A stretch of 64,000 nucleotides of DNA, taken from the NCBI RefSeq assembly GCF_020745735.1, contig NW_026867501.1, forward strand, positions 124,001-188,000. The letters run 5' to 3'. The translations under genes and the position numbers were made by a program. The notes under the pieces are model-generated. The model worked only from the letters and a program-made list of their open reading frames with translations. It did not search any database and was not told the DNA's origin. This DNA is from Hemiscyllium ocellatum (lineage: Eukaryota). This document shows positions 11,195-22,920 of the stretch, piece after piece. Each line of letters begins with the position of its first letter. The stretch's first letter is position 1.

Positions 11195-11581
11195 AGGATG
11201 AATAAGTGATGATGCTGAATGTCATCCTAAATATTCCTGTTCCCTGGTTTCTCGGGGTCGATCCCTACAAATATCTCCTGCCGGTGACACGGTTACTTTA
11301 AGCTGTGATTATTCAGGGATCTGCCCGTATGCAGTTTACTGGTACTGTCAGTCCCTAGGACACTCTCCCAAATACACGATTCAAAGACAGACGTCAGGAG
11401 AGCAGAATAAAGAAAATGGTGAAGGCATACGAATTTCTGCATCCATTGATCCTGCAGTGAAAATCGGTTGGTCAATGATCTCACAAAAACAAGCAAATGA
11501 CTCCTCTATGTATTATTATATACAGAGTCAGCACTCAGCACAGACAGTTGTATGCAGTACGGAGAGAGCTGCACAAAAACC
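11195..11581 (+). pseudogene. Supporting TCR-delta V (STCRdV-like) of the NAR-TCR cassette, leaderless
   Basis: A polypyrimidine acceptor ends 11194/11196. The frame is open from 11202: ISDDAECHPKYSCSLVSRGRSLQISPAGDTVTLSCDYSGICPYAVYWYCQSLGHSPKYTIQRQTSGEQNKENGEGIRISASIDPAVKIGWSMISQKQANDSSMYYYIQSQ. Non-canonical CDR1 Cys at 11322. Second canonical Cys lost (TAT, 11517). RSS is GACAGTT, 23 bp, then a perfect ACAAAAACC (11573-11581). The phase-compatible acceptor gives an immediate TGA at 11199. Confidence 0.82.
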
Positions 11582-13379
11582 TGAACACGCTGGGAATTAC
11601 ACATGGAGTTCACAGATCACTGAGAGAGCTCTCAGATAACCGATAAATTCGATGTCATTCAGTAAAATGGAGCCAAGTGGATGAGCACTGCCTCCACAAA
11701 ACATCTCTCCCTGTGTCATACATGCTCAGTAACGGAATCTACACAATGCACTGCAGAAACATAGAACTTTGGAACATGAGTGAGCTTCGTGGACACTGTG
11801 AATAGATTTTGAATATGACCGAATAATCTTAAATTATTTGAATTATAGATGCGACTCCATCTTTATTCGTGAGTTACCAGACCTCATTATTATCTTGCTG
11901 ATGCCTGTCAACTTAAATGCCATTCTGGCTATGACTCCATTATTACTTCCCCAGGTACTAAATATTACCTTACTCGCTCTATCTCATTCATCATTGTTTT
12001 TTTTTAATTGAAACTAATGTTTATGCCAGTGTCACACGCTTATCGGATTCACACATTCAAAATGTTCTCTCTGGCATATTTTGGTTCTAAGTACGCTCTG
12101 ATATGCTCACTGTTTCAACAGACTCTGGTTGTAATGTATCTAGAACGTGCCTCCTTGATGAACATACTGAGAACACAATTATTAAATGCACGAGATCCTA
12201 CCATTGGTTGTGCAATTGCAATGTTTAAGGAATCAGTTTCTGTCTCTAATTATTTTATAATTTCTGTCATTCCACAGTTATTTTACAAACAGTTCATTTA
12301 TTTATTTCCATGAGACTAGATGGTGAATGAACTAATAGTATGTGTTAATGTTTATGCTTAGTTTCACTGCTTAATTTCTATCATTTTTGCTCACATTATG
12401 TCGCAACTGGTCTCTGTTTGTAATAAGCTACACCACATCTCTGTTTCTATTAAACCAGGCCCTATTTTAGTTGTTCTTTCTCTGCAGCGTGTTGATGGCA
12501 CCATATATTCACATACTATTTATTGGTTTCGATCGTGTGTGAAATCGTTTGGAACCTGGATAAAATGATACGCCATTCTTTTAATATTACAAGACCTCTG
12601 TCCCTCTGAAAACTGTAAATGGTTTAATCTCATTTGCTCATGCACAACGATACGACGCTTCCTGCAATAAATTAACCATGCCTGTGTAGTCGATGAACTT
12701 GGCACTATACTTTGAAGCAAACTTCCAATCACTCCTTAACCTGATGTTTCTCTCGTTACATTAAGTATTGAAAATGGTCAACTGTTTTTGCAGCAGAAAC
12801 GCTCGACAGAACCTTCAGCATTTGAACGCCTTCTTGCATTTGTGATTCATCGGACCAAATGAAGAATTTTTCAGATTCAACGTTACTTAAATTTGCATTT
12901 GATGGTCGGCACAATGTTGAGGTGGTTTGTTTGTTGAATGTGATTTTCCAAACCTTCAACTGTAAATTTATGGAAACGTTGAAAAAATGTTAAAATATTA
13001 GGCACTAAAACACATATAAGTGAAGCCAACGATGAAGTAAATTGACGCTTAAAATGAAGAAAAATCTGGGAAATGGCAGAAATGGGAAGAAGAAAGAGGC
13101 TCAACTAAGTATTTACCAGCAGCGGAATCAGTACTGAAAGACTCAACAACATATTTTGTGCATTGTGAGCCTGTCCCCGAAGGGAAATACAGTTATTCGC
13201 CTTGTTGGAAGGCATGAGCAGTGACGTAATCTCTTTGTTCAAAGAAATGTAAGTAAGCTGTGTGCTGTACCTTAATTGTCCCTCTTGCGACTATCACTCT
13301 GAATAAATGAGGGGCCATTTGAATATGTCGCAGAGCAACCCTCCACAGCGACAACAACTCCTGCAGTTTCTGAACGAAG

Positions 13380-15550
13380 ATGCATGAGGCAGTCATTGCC
13401 CCCTTCTTTGTAATTTGCTATTCAATTCTCGCTGCTGTTGGTGGCCCTGGTAAGTCACTGATTCTCGAAAAAATCGATTACCTTATCATGTATTTCCAGT
13501 TTATTTCCTTTCCTTCCAGGATTTGGTAGAATCTTTCCAATATGCAACTGTTAATTTTAAGGACCTTCAGTGGGTCTCTAATCTATATAATAAATTAGGA
13601 AATAACATCTGTGCTCTGAAAAATAATCGTAAATTACTTCCAATTTCATTATAACGAAGGGAATTGTGCTCTTCAATTTTGCATGCTGTGCAGTTATAGA
13701 AAAAAGTAACTATGAGACGCTGAACTGAAATTTGTGGTGAATGACAATGCATGAACGTTAATGTGTAATATTGTCACAGACTAAGGTCCAGCCCAATTCG
13801 GTGAAATGCAATTTAGTTGATTGTAGGATGAATTGTTTATCACCGTGTCAGAATTTATACTATGTGCTCTGGAATGATGTAATCGGGTATTGAGTTCCCA
13901 ATGGACGATAACATTGTTTTGTTCAAATGAACGTCATAAGAAAAGAGCAGAAACCGAGCTGCTCAGGAGAATGTTCCATCAATTTGGGGACGGTGGGGTG
14001 GGGTTTACTCAATACACCTATAATCAACACAATTCGCGATATTAATTTGAGGAAGGAACAGAAGATAAAATAAGTTAACATGAGATTTCAGACAGATGTA
14101 TGATGTTACGGGAATGACCAGATGCTGGTGCTTCAGAAAAATTGAAGCATGTGATTGTGAAGGGTGAGACACCACTGGTGAGCAGCCGAAGTCGGTCAAT
14201 ATTTATGGATTAAAGGTTGGCTATGCTTGCTATGAATAATTTCATGACAACCACATTATGCTGTTTATCCCGAATTGAACAATAGCTCCTGGCCTTAACT
14301 CAGTGACAGGAGAGCGATGTTTATTCCTGAGCTGATCACACTGACAGTTGATGTGGAGATGCGGTGTTGGGTTGGAGTGGAGAAAGACAAAACTGACATG
14401 ACCCCAGGTTATAGCCCAATGGGTTTACTTGAAATAACAAGAATTTGAAGTGCTATTCCTTCGTCAGGTGCATTGACAGATATTTGATGCTGCATGTGTT
14501 GAACAACACTTGACAGTTATTTCAAAACAGGCAGAGACTCGGGTTGGCAGGTTTATGTTCAAAGACTGTTTCATAAAAAAAAATGCATATGTCAACAGCC
14601 GGTGCTTTGACTAATTCATTACTGTCACTCTCTTTTGATTTATCACAGCCAACTTGCTGGCGATCATAATTCTATCTCATGGAAGATGCGGTCTCTCCCG
14701 ATGCATCACCTACTACCTGGTGGCAATTGCGGTGAGTGACTTCCTTGTCATCACCAACGCAGTTATCCTCAATCGAATCAGCCGCTTCTATTTTCGGCAA
14801 AGTGTCTTGTCCACCACTCCTGTGTGCACTCTCAGTGTCATATTGGTCTATGCTACACTCGACTGTTCGGTCTGGCTGACAGTCGCCTTTACCATCGACC
14901 GTTTTGTGGCCATCTGCTATCAGAGACTGAAGACAAGATACTGCACCAAGAAAACTGCATCGCTCGTTATTGGAATGATCTGTGTCCTGAGTTGCATCAA
15001 GAACGCTCCTTTCTACCTTGCATTCCAGCCCTTGTTCATTTTGGACGGGATACCCTGGTTTTGTAACGTCAAAGCAAACTTCTATACCTGGCCAGTCTGG
15101 CAGTTTCATGATTGGTTGTTTCGGGTCTTGAACCCTTTTCTCCCGTTCTCCCTCATTCTGTTGCTCAACGTCCTGACCATAAGACACATCCTAGCGGCCA
15201 ACAGGGCCCGCAGGAGGCTCTGTGGTGCTGCTAAGGGACAAGATCCAGAGATGGCTAATCGCCAGAGGTCCATTGCCTTACTTTTTGCCATCTCTTTAAG
15301 CTTCCTACTCATGTGGTCTCCTCTTCTCGTACATTTTATATATGTGCGGATTAAAGATGAGAGTTACTTTAGTGGGCTGGATTTCAGTGATCCGTTGTAT
15401 ACCTTTGAAGAGACGACCAACACACTCCAGATACTTAGTTCTTGCAACAACGTCTTCATCTATATGGTCTCTCAGAACTTGTTTCGAAAGCAGATGAAGA
15501 AAATTCTAATATACCCCTTTGTCACCCTCGCCAGGTCCTTTAAACGATGA
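13380..15550 (+). CDS. Intact two-exon class A orphan GPCR (GPR139-like family expanded in cartilaginous fish), about 323 aa; exons 13380-13449 and 14649-15550
   Basis: Exon 1 reads MHEAVIAPFFVICYSILAAVGGP with a phase-1 GTAAGT donor at 13450. Acceptor CACAG at 14648, then (A)NLLAIIILSHGRCGLSRC... with seven hydrophobic segments, TM2 LVAIAVSDF, TM3 TIDRFVAIC, TM7 SCNNVFIY, and TGA at 15548. ATTAAA lies near 15585. Confidence 0.88.
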
Positions 15551-16929
15551 GGGATTTGGAAATCACTTCATTTTATTCTTTCTCATTAAAGTTGCCCAGC
15601 GTGCACAGCTCCCTCATGCATCCTGAAACAGCAATTTAATGGACAGAAACAAGATTCGTAACGTTATATAAAGCCCATTCCCCTGCTTAACAGACATCGA
15701 AGGCAAAGCCTGAGGGAATGCACAGCTATTGGAAATGATTTACTACTGGGCAAGAAGCGAACTTTTGATTTAGAACCACTCTCACTTCTCCCAATCTTCA
15801 TTCGTCTACTCCAAGGCAGTATTTGTTTATTCATTATTTTCCCATACTGTTTTCTTATTTCTTTCATTTCCCCATCTCATCATTCCTTGTTCACAAACTT
15901 GCTTCCAGCCTTCCTTCATCATTGTCTGCCTGCTTGCTGTTCTTTCCTTTCATGGGGATATCTTATCTGCCCATCCCATTTTTCACATTTCGACAACCTG
16001 CGGAGTAATGTGATCGTCAAGAAGACACATAACCCAGTACATCTGTTTGAACTGTGTCCTTAGGAATGGTGTGTGCTGTTTATTGTTTAGTCTGCATCTT
16101 TTACGTTTACTCTCCTGTTGATAAACCTCGGATTCTTGAACACAGTAACAACATAATCAGGTTCTTCTGCAGTGTCTGCATCAGAATTCTTTCTGCATGC
16201 TTATTCAAATAATCAGGAATAAATTCTCAAAACTGCAAATTTCTGGAGAAACTCAACACATTTGTGGGCATTTTGGAGAAAAAGATATTTTGACATAGAC
16301 AGTCCAGTGACTGGGATTCAGAATATCACATTAAACATTCATTTATTTCTATTATCTGTTAGTGTTATATGCTTGTTTTTTTTTAATTTTCTTTTTGAGG
16401 AAGGCAGAAACTATGCATTTGGCCAAAGTTTTGCTGTTCAATTCATTTGTGCATTCATGGTCTCTGATTGTCATTTCGCTCTTTTTAATGAGTGAATGAC
16501 CTAATGGTGCAGGTACGCCACCCATTGGCGTATTGGGGTATATTATTATTATTCGTATTGACAAACACGGTTTTCAGTACGAGAAATATTGTAGTACTTC
16601 AACTTAATTCAGCTGCGTGAGGAAATAACTCAAGGGAGGAATTCACCGTTTCTGACAGGGGCTAGTTTATAGTACAACTTGAAAAGAAATGTGAAATATA
16701 TTTCCTCCATTGTTGCCTGTTCAAAGTACTCCCCAAACAAACCAGACCCCAATTTGTGACATGGTTGAAGTCCTCTGTGTAGCAGAGGATTCCAGACATT
16801 TGAAGACACATATTGCAAAATCGTACCTTCCCTAAGCTTACATCTTATCTCTGGTGCTTCCATCTCACTGTAAGGTACCATCAGTAATTTCCTGCGAGTG
16901 CAAGAAGAAGATTTGGCTCTCATAGACTT

Positions 16930-17590
16930 AGCGAGTTACTCTCCCCTACATCAAAGACATCTCTGAAGTGAGTGACAGACTATTCAGACGTGTTGGCGTC
17001 ATGGTAGCCCACAGACACACAACATACTAAAACGACAGCTAATGAACTTGGAAGACACATTACGGACAACAAGCAAAACTGATGTCATTTACAAAATACC
17101 TGACACGAACTGTAACAAACACTGCAATGGACAAACAGGCAGAAAATTAGCCATCAGGGCACATGAGCATCAACTAGCCACAAAAATCATGACCAACTCT
17201 CACGAGTATCCTTTCATACAGATTGGGAAGAACACCGCTTCGGGGGGATCAATACATCCATCCTAGGACAAGCCAAAAGAGATGTGAAAGAGAATGTCAA
17301 GAAGCATAACATTCCAACTGGAAAGCTGTCAACAAACACATTGACTTGGACACCATTTACCACATTCTGAGAAGAAAGAACAGGAAATGACATCAACACA
17401 GCAAATGGCATCACTGCCTGAAATTACATCATCAACCCACAGAAAACTAAACACACAAATAGAAAGCAGGTCCCAAACATCCGTGCCCCAGGTAAGGCTC
17501 ACTGATTATGTTATCGAGCATGGTGACGAAACGTCTGAAAACGAATCTTCCAGCTCAGCGTGCAAATTTACATGCAGAATCTCAAAGACT
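16930..17590 (+). mobile_element. Decayed Penelope-like element 3' part (GIY-YIG endonuclease plus terminal repeat)
   Basis: ORF 17042-17266 DVIYKIPDTNCNKHCNGQTGRKLAIRAHEHQLATK matches the PLE GIY-YIG pattern. A hammerhead-like CTGATTA...GAAAC lies at 17502-17532. Confidence 0.75.
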
Positions 17591-18049
17591 TGATAGACAC
17601 TGAGGTAGTTACTGTCACTAAACTCCCATCCATGATAAGCATTTTCACAAATTCCCAATTTTCTTACTCTCAAGACTCTTCATTCAATGCTTCACTCTTT
17701 CATTTTGTGATAGTTTATCGTATTCCATGTCAACGTGTGCCACCATAATATCCACGTACACCAACCCCGATTATTGGCCCCGAATAGCAAAGTCTTGTGT
17801 ACCAACAAACTGTTCAATTCAAAATACAGACCCTCAAACCACATTCCCCACATGAGGGTCAGGTACCATGTTGGAAATTACACTTTCCAAACTACGATCT
17901 CTCAAATCAAAGTGATGCTGATTACACGGACAAAGAGAGAATGTGCTGGAAAAATGGAATGAAAGTGAAGCACCGATAAATATATATCAGAGTTTAATAA
18001 GAACTGAGTAGTATAGAGAGAATATAACAGAAGACTGATAGATATGAAA

Positions 18050-19760
18050 TGGTAGTCACTATTCCAGCTAAATTCCAGGAGAGGAAGTCACACACGGCTA
18101 GAGATGCACATGGACAACAGGGCACCACGTTATGGCCGAAGTAGGACATGGATAAAGAAGGCATTGATTCGGAAAGTGCAGACCAGCTAAACTCACTGAT
18201 GGATAAAATCTATAATGCAATTCTGAGAGATTCGAGTAATGCGCACTTGCACAGGTAGGGATTATTTAAGAACAGACAGCATTGTGCTCTGAAGGGAAAC
18301 ACGTGACTGACCAACATGATTGAGGTTTTCGAATAGGTGACCGGGAGTGCTGATGAGGAGAATGCATTTGACAGACACTACTTAGATTACTTACAGTGTG
18401 GAAACAGGCCCTTCGGCCCAACAAGTCCACACCGACCCGCCGAAGCGCAACCCACCCATACATTTACCCCTTACCTAACATTACGGGCAATTTAGCATGG
18501 CCAATTCACCTGACCCGCACATCTTTGGACTGTGAGGAGGAAACCGGAGCACCCGGAGGAAATCCACGCAGACACGGGGAGAATGTGCAAACTCCACACA
18601 GTCAGTCGCCTGAGGCGGGAATTGAACCCGGGTCTCTGACGCTGTGAGGCAGCAGTGCTAACCACTGTGCCACCGTGCTGCCCAAATGGAATGAAACTTA
18701 CACCGAAGCATGGCTTTCAACAAGTTCCCTCGTGAGAGATTGATAGAAAGAAAAAAATCCCAGGGGAGGCAAAGATAAAAGCCAATGGAATATAGGGAAA
18801 TTGAAGTATTTGTTTTCCGAGTCCGGAGAAAAATAAGAAGAATACACTAATGGTTTGGAGCTGATTTTTTCTTTTCTGACCAGAAACCTGTGTTCAGTTG
18901 AATTCCACAGTGTTGTAGACCTTTCTCTTGTGGTTTATATTTTAAAACTTCAAACAGAAACTTTGGCCGTGTTGTTTAGTAAGTTCGTGGATGATATGAA
19001 GATCTAAATTTTGATGAATAGTGAAGAAGCTCGTCTTCGATTCCAGGAGGAGATCGACGGGTACATCAGGTTAGCTGATCATAGGCAAATTGAATTATGT
19101 CCAACAACTATGAAATTATCGATGTAACAGGACAAACAAGCAAAGGAACACATGACGAACTATAGAACATTAAGAAGCTCTGCCTACCACAAGGGTTTAA
19201 GAGTGTATATCCAATGGTCCCTCAAGGTAGTAGGACAAGGTACAATGGCAACTGAGAATCTTGACTTCAGTAGATGAATCATCGCGTTTACAGTGGGGAA
19301 GTAATGGTGGAACTGTGTAAGATTGTGTTCGAATGCAACTATATTATTGTGTCCAGGTCTTTAATCCAAGTTTTAAGAGAGATTGTCTTGCACTCCAGAG
19401 GATTGAGAGGAGACCTGCATATGTGAATTGAGTTCAAGTATTTTAGTCATGAAAAGAGCATGGAAAGACTAAGCTTGTTTTCCGTGCAGCAAAGGAGACT
19501 GGTGGGAAGGAGTAATTGAAAATTTAAAAATTTTGAAAGGCATAGATTTAGATAAGGAGCAGGATGTTCAGAGGAGATAAGAGTAATTTTAGGTCAGCCA
19601 GAGGGTTTGCGAATCTGCAAGTCACTGTCTTAAGTTTGGTAGAGATACAAAACAAAATGACAATATTTGAGATTTTCTCAGATGTGGAATTGCGATGCCA
19701 AGCCATAGAAGGCAATTGGTAAAGAGTTCAAAGATGAGATTAGATTAATTAAATTCTACT
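18050..19760 (+). mobile_element. Old, highly decayed CR1 LINE interrupted by a SINE
   Basis: Nucleotide similarity to the CR1 RT region at 9200-10400 runs on both sides of the SINE at 18382-18683. Many stops. Confidence 0.6.
18382..18683 (-). mobile_element. Full-length tRNA-derived shark SINE
   Basis: Reverse complement of the 4531-4841 element, including the full head (CCACTGTGCCACCGTGCTGCCC). Confidence 0.9.
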
Positions 19761-19879
19761 TATTGATGCTCCAAATGACATTTTCCTCTGCCATAAAAAA
19801 CTTTCATTCTCCAACACGATGGATAAATGTTCATTTGTCGATGTCTAAATGCCTGTTTATGCACGCTTCTGTGTTTCAG

Positions 19880-19902
19880 TCCGTTTGTGTGTGTGTGTTT
19901 GT

Positions 19903-19934
<32 letters not shown>

Positions 19935-19945
19935 GAGTGAGTGTG
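19880..19945. repeat. (GT)n microsatellite with degenerate flanks
   Basis: Direct inspection. Confidence 0.9.
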
Positions 19946-21320
19946 TCCACACGTGCATACAAACATGTTCACGTGTATGTATGTGGGGTTGTAACTGTGG
20001 TTTTGCGTCCATATTCGTTTTGGTGTCTCTTTGAATATGCGTTCATATGTGTGTATTTCGCTGTGCATTGTTGGCCGGTCTGTCTCTGTGTCCGCATTGG
20101 TAGAATTTCAAAACATTGCAAATGTTCATCTGGAGCGTCTATGGATTTGTCTGAAATCTTTCTCAGAAGGTGTTGGCAGCAGTGGTGGGAGAGAAACTGT
20201 GCGGAGGAATAATTATTCATTCACAATGTTACGGTTTCATTCCTGGTTTCTTTGTCTTTTTATTTTTCATGGCACAGTGCCACCATCGGCTGGAGTATAA
20301 TCGCTTCAACATTAAAACACGTTGAAGCTCACTCGGAGGACAGTGACACATAGCACCATTTAAACTGACAACAGCATCAATTCATCTCCAGGGTCATTTT
20401 GTAGGAGGTGCCATTGATGTGGTTCATATTGTATCAAACTCAAATAGGTACAGTGCGTGCAGATGATCACAGTGAGTAACAGGGACATTGAGTAGAACTT
20501 TGGCCTATATCAAAAAGGGAATGAAGTCTGGAGTTAAATTTCTGAGTTGTCTCAGAAGCATTTCGCTAACAGAATGAACCAAGCTCAATGTAATGTCCTC
20601 GCTGTCGGTGCTTGAGGGCTTTGCAGCACACTGTTCTTCGTGTTTGCTTAGGTTATTTCTTGGTCCCCGATTTTATGCGAGACAAATTGTGTTAAACGAT
20701 AAGAAAATAAAATCAATTGGGACAGTTCTGAGAAACATTATTATCTGCAGTTCACTGGAATGAGAACAATTTCAGGTCGTTCCCGTTCCTTGTCCAGTCG
20801 TCACGAATTGTGGTACAAGGCGCTGAAATCTGATTGGACGACATCAACTGACGCTGGCAGCCACGAAACAAAATCGGGTCCCATCTAACGTCTCAGGTGC
20901 AACATTTTATCGTCAGCGCCCTCTATTCAAATGCGCCATTATCGCTGCAATAAAACAATCCACCTTCAGTTCTCTCTGTTCTAAACCACCATTCGCTCTG
21001 AAAACATTTCGACTATTATTAATTCCTCATTCTGCTGCATCTCTCTTAACAGGTACATTATCCACTCTGTAATAATTCTCACTTGTCTGCGACACTGACG
21101 ACTTGCTATTTAATCGTGCTCTCCCTTCACTTCCATTGTGTTCCGTTACATTGATTCTAAAATGTAACGCTACAAAATGTTTTTCAAATCTAAATTTATG
21201 CAGTTTTGGTCGTGTGTGCACGAGTAAAGTACAGAGACTCAGATTAAAGAAAACTTAGTAAGAGTTAACATTAGTTATTAGTTTTCTGCTACCTCCTACT
21301 TTTTTTGTAACTGTGTTGTC

Positions 21321-21527
21321 AGGGCCCTGCAGAGTTACCTCCATCCCACCACATGGTAACCGTTTCAAAGCAGACGGCGTTGGCGATCGATTTTCTGCAT
21401 TTCTGCATGTTTTGAACCGTGAGGGGGATGTCACCATCAGCGAACTGTGGCTGTCCGACTGGTCGGTGTATTTCTGCAGGCTGTGAGACACAATGACAGG
21501 AGCCAGAATGATCCTTGTGCCAAACAT
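21321..21527 (+). pseudogene. 5'-truncated TCR alpha/delta V relic (FR2 end to RSS)
   Basis: RALQSYLHPTT-(frameshift)-GNRFKADGVGDRFSAFLHVLNREGDVTISELWLSDWSVYFCRL*, then heptamer CACAATG (21489-21495), 23 bp, and a degenerate nonamer GCCAAACAT. No FR1 or leader found upstream. Confidence 0.75.
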
Positions 21528-21827
21528 TTTTTGTGATGGAGAATGTTGAATGTACTGGGGGCAGATTGAAAAGAAGCCTGCATTTACTAAACCTGGCACC
21601 AATTCGTGCTGCTTTAGAATAGAAAACTGGTTTATGTGTAGGCCACTTGGCCCCTCGGAACTAAAGTAAATTCAGTATGGTCATGACTGGTCATGCAATT
21701 TTAGTGCACTACTCTCATTTCTCTCCATGCCCCTTGAACCATATATCAGCAAGGGCCATGTCCAGCTCCACAATGAAAATTGATAATTAACAGACCCAAC
21801 AGCTGTCTGTGATACAGAATTCCCCAC

Positions 21828-22278
21828 AGGTTCAGAACAGTGGCGTCAGTCAGCTGTGGTTCAAAAAGTTGTAGCCGCACAGTCCAATCAGATTTATTGC
21901 TTGTCACTGAGAAACGATTCGGTGGAGATTTTCTGCATTGCCACTAAAGCTATTCTCATGTACCAAATACTCAATGGATCCACTTGAATATTGAAGATCC
22001 CAGAACACGTAAGGCAATTGTTGCTTGTCACTGTGTAATTACGGAATAATTGAACATCATGTCCTTCATTTACTGAGGTTTCCGCCGGTGTCTGTTAAAC
22101 TGAGTCAGCTTGACAATGCCCTGTTAAAGAAAAGACACATAAGAAGTCAAAGAATTATATATCACTGTGATTTCTCCCCAGAAACAATTGAACAAATGCG
22201 ACACTTACTTGTCAAATAATGTACAAGCACATATAGAAACATATGAAGGACGACATGTTCTCCAACGAATAATTTCAT
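21828..22278 (-). pseudogene. TCR alpha/delta V pseudogene, minus strand, 3' end lost
   Basis: Leader MKLFVGEHVVLHMFLYVLVHYLT (22278-22209) with a GTAAGT donor. Acceptor TTTAACAG at 22121, then HCQADSV*QTPAETSVNEGHDVQLFRNYTVTSNN-(fs)-PYVFWDLQYSSGSIEYLVHENSFSGNAENL-(fs)-NRFSVTSNKSDWTVRLQLFEPQLTDATV. YYC and RSS are replaced by a LINE-tail relic. Homologous to the V at 44784-45199. Confidence 0.8.
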
Positions 22279-22920
22279 CTGCTTTAGTGCACTTTTGGTG
22301 CCATCTTTGATGTCCTTTACTCCACCTGCGTTGTAAAGCAAAATTAATATACACCTGGTGTTTATCATATGTAACATATAGTTCCCTGTGATGAGCCTGA
22401 TCCATGAACGATTCAGCAAAAACTTGCAGCTGGCGTATGCAATTTACTTTAGAGACGAATTGAGGAAGGTTCCAACTCTTTTCTTTTTAGATCAATACGT
22501 GGAGATTTCTGTGCTCTGATTAATTGTCATAACTGCGACATTTGTGAAATGAAGTCATGAACAAATTCTCAACTTACCATCTAAGACAGCTGTAGCAGAA
22601 ACATTAAAATAAAAATAAACTCCTAATATGTTTCGAGAGAAATGATGGAAGATTTGAACACAAATGAGTTATTTCTGAATTGATTATTCGTCATGAGATA
22701 AGATGGCATATCGATATTGTGCTCTCTACTGATTGGTTTCTTATGCCAGAGACAGAAGGTAACGTCCAATCAGGTTGGAAATCCATTGTTTTGCAAAAAA
22801 AAACCAATGAGCTCTTCGGTTTTACTGCTGCATTTCTCTTTGTGCGAAATTGTATCACGTGGTGCGGCAGAAGGACATTGCCTCCTATCCAGAGAAAACC
22901 CGAGATATGCATTTTCTCTC

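Noticed and set aside
20031-20300. SSGGRETVRRNNYSFTM followed by CACAGTG at 20273 resembles a NAR-type V FR3
   Set aside because: No SLTINC, no DxxxYxC, wrong spacing to the heptamer, no nonamer, and adjacent to low-complexity GT sequence.
22205-22405. ORF MDQAHHRELYVTYDK...CRPSYVSIC looked faintly like an MHC class II domain
   Set aside because: The GTAAGT donor at its end is in phase with a different frame that encodes a V leader spliced to the V exon at 22120. The MHC resemblance is a chance match in the wrong frame.
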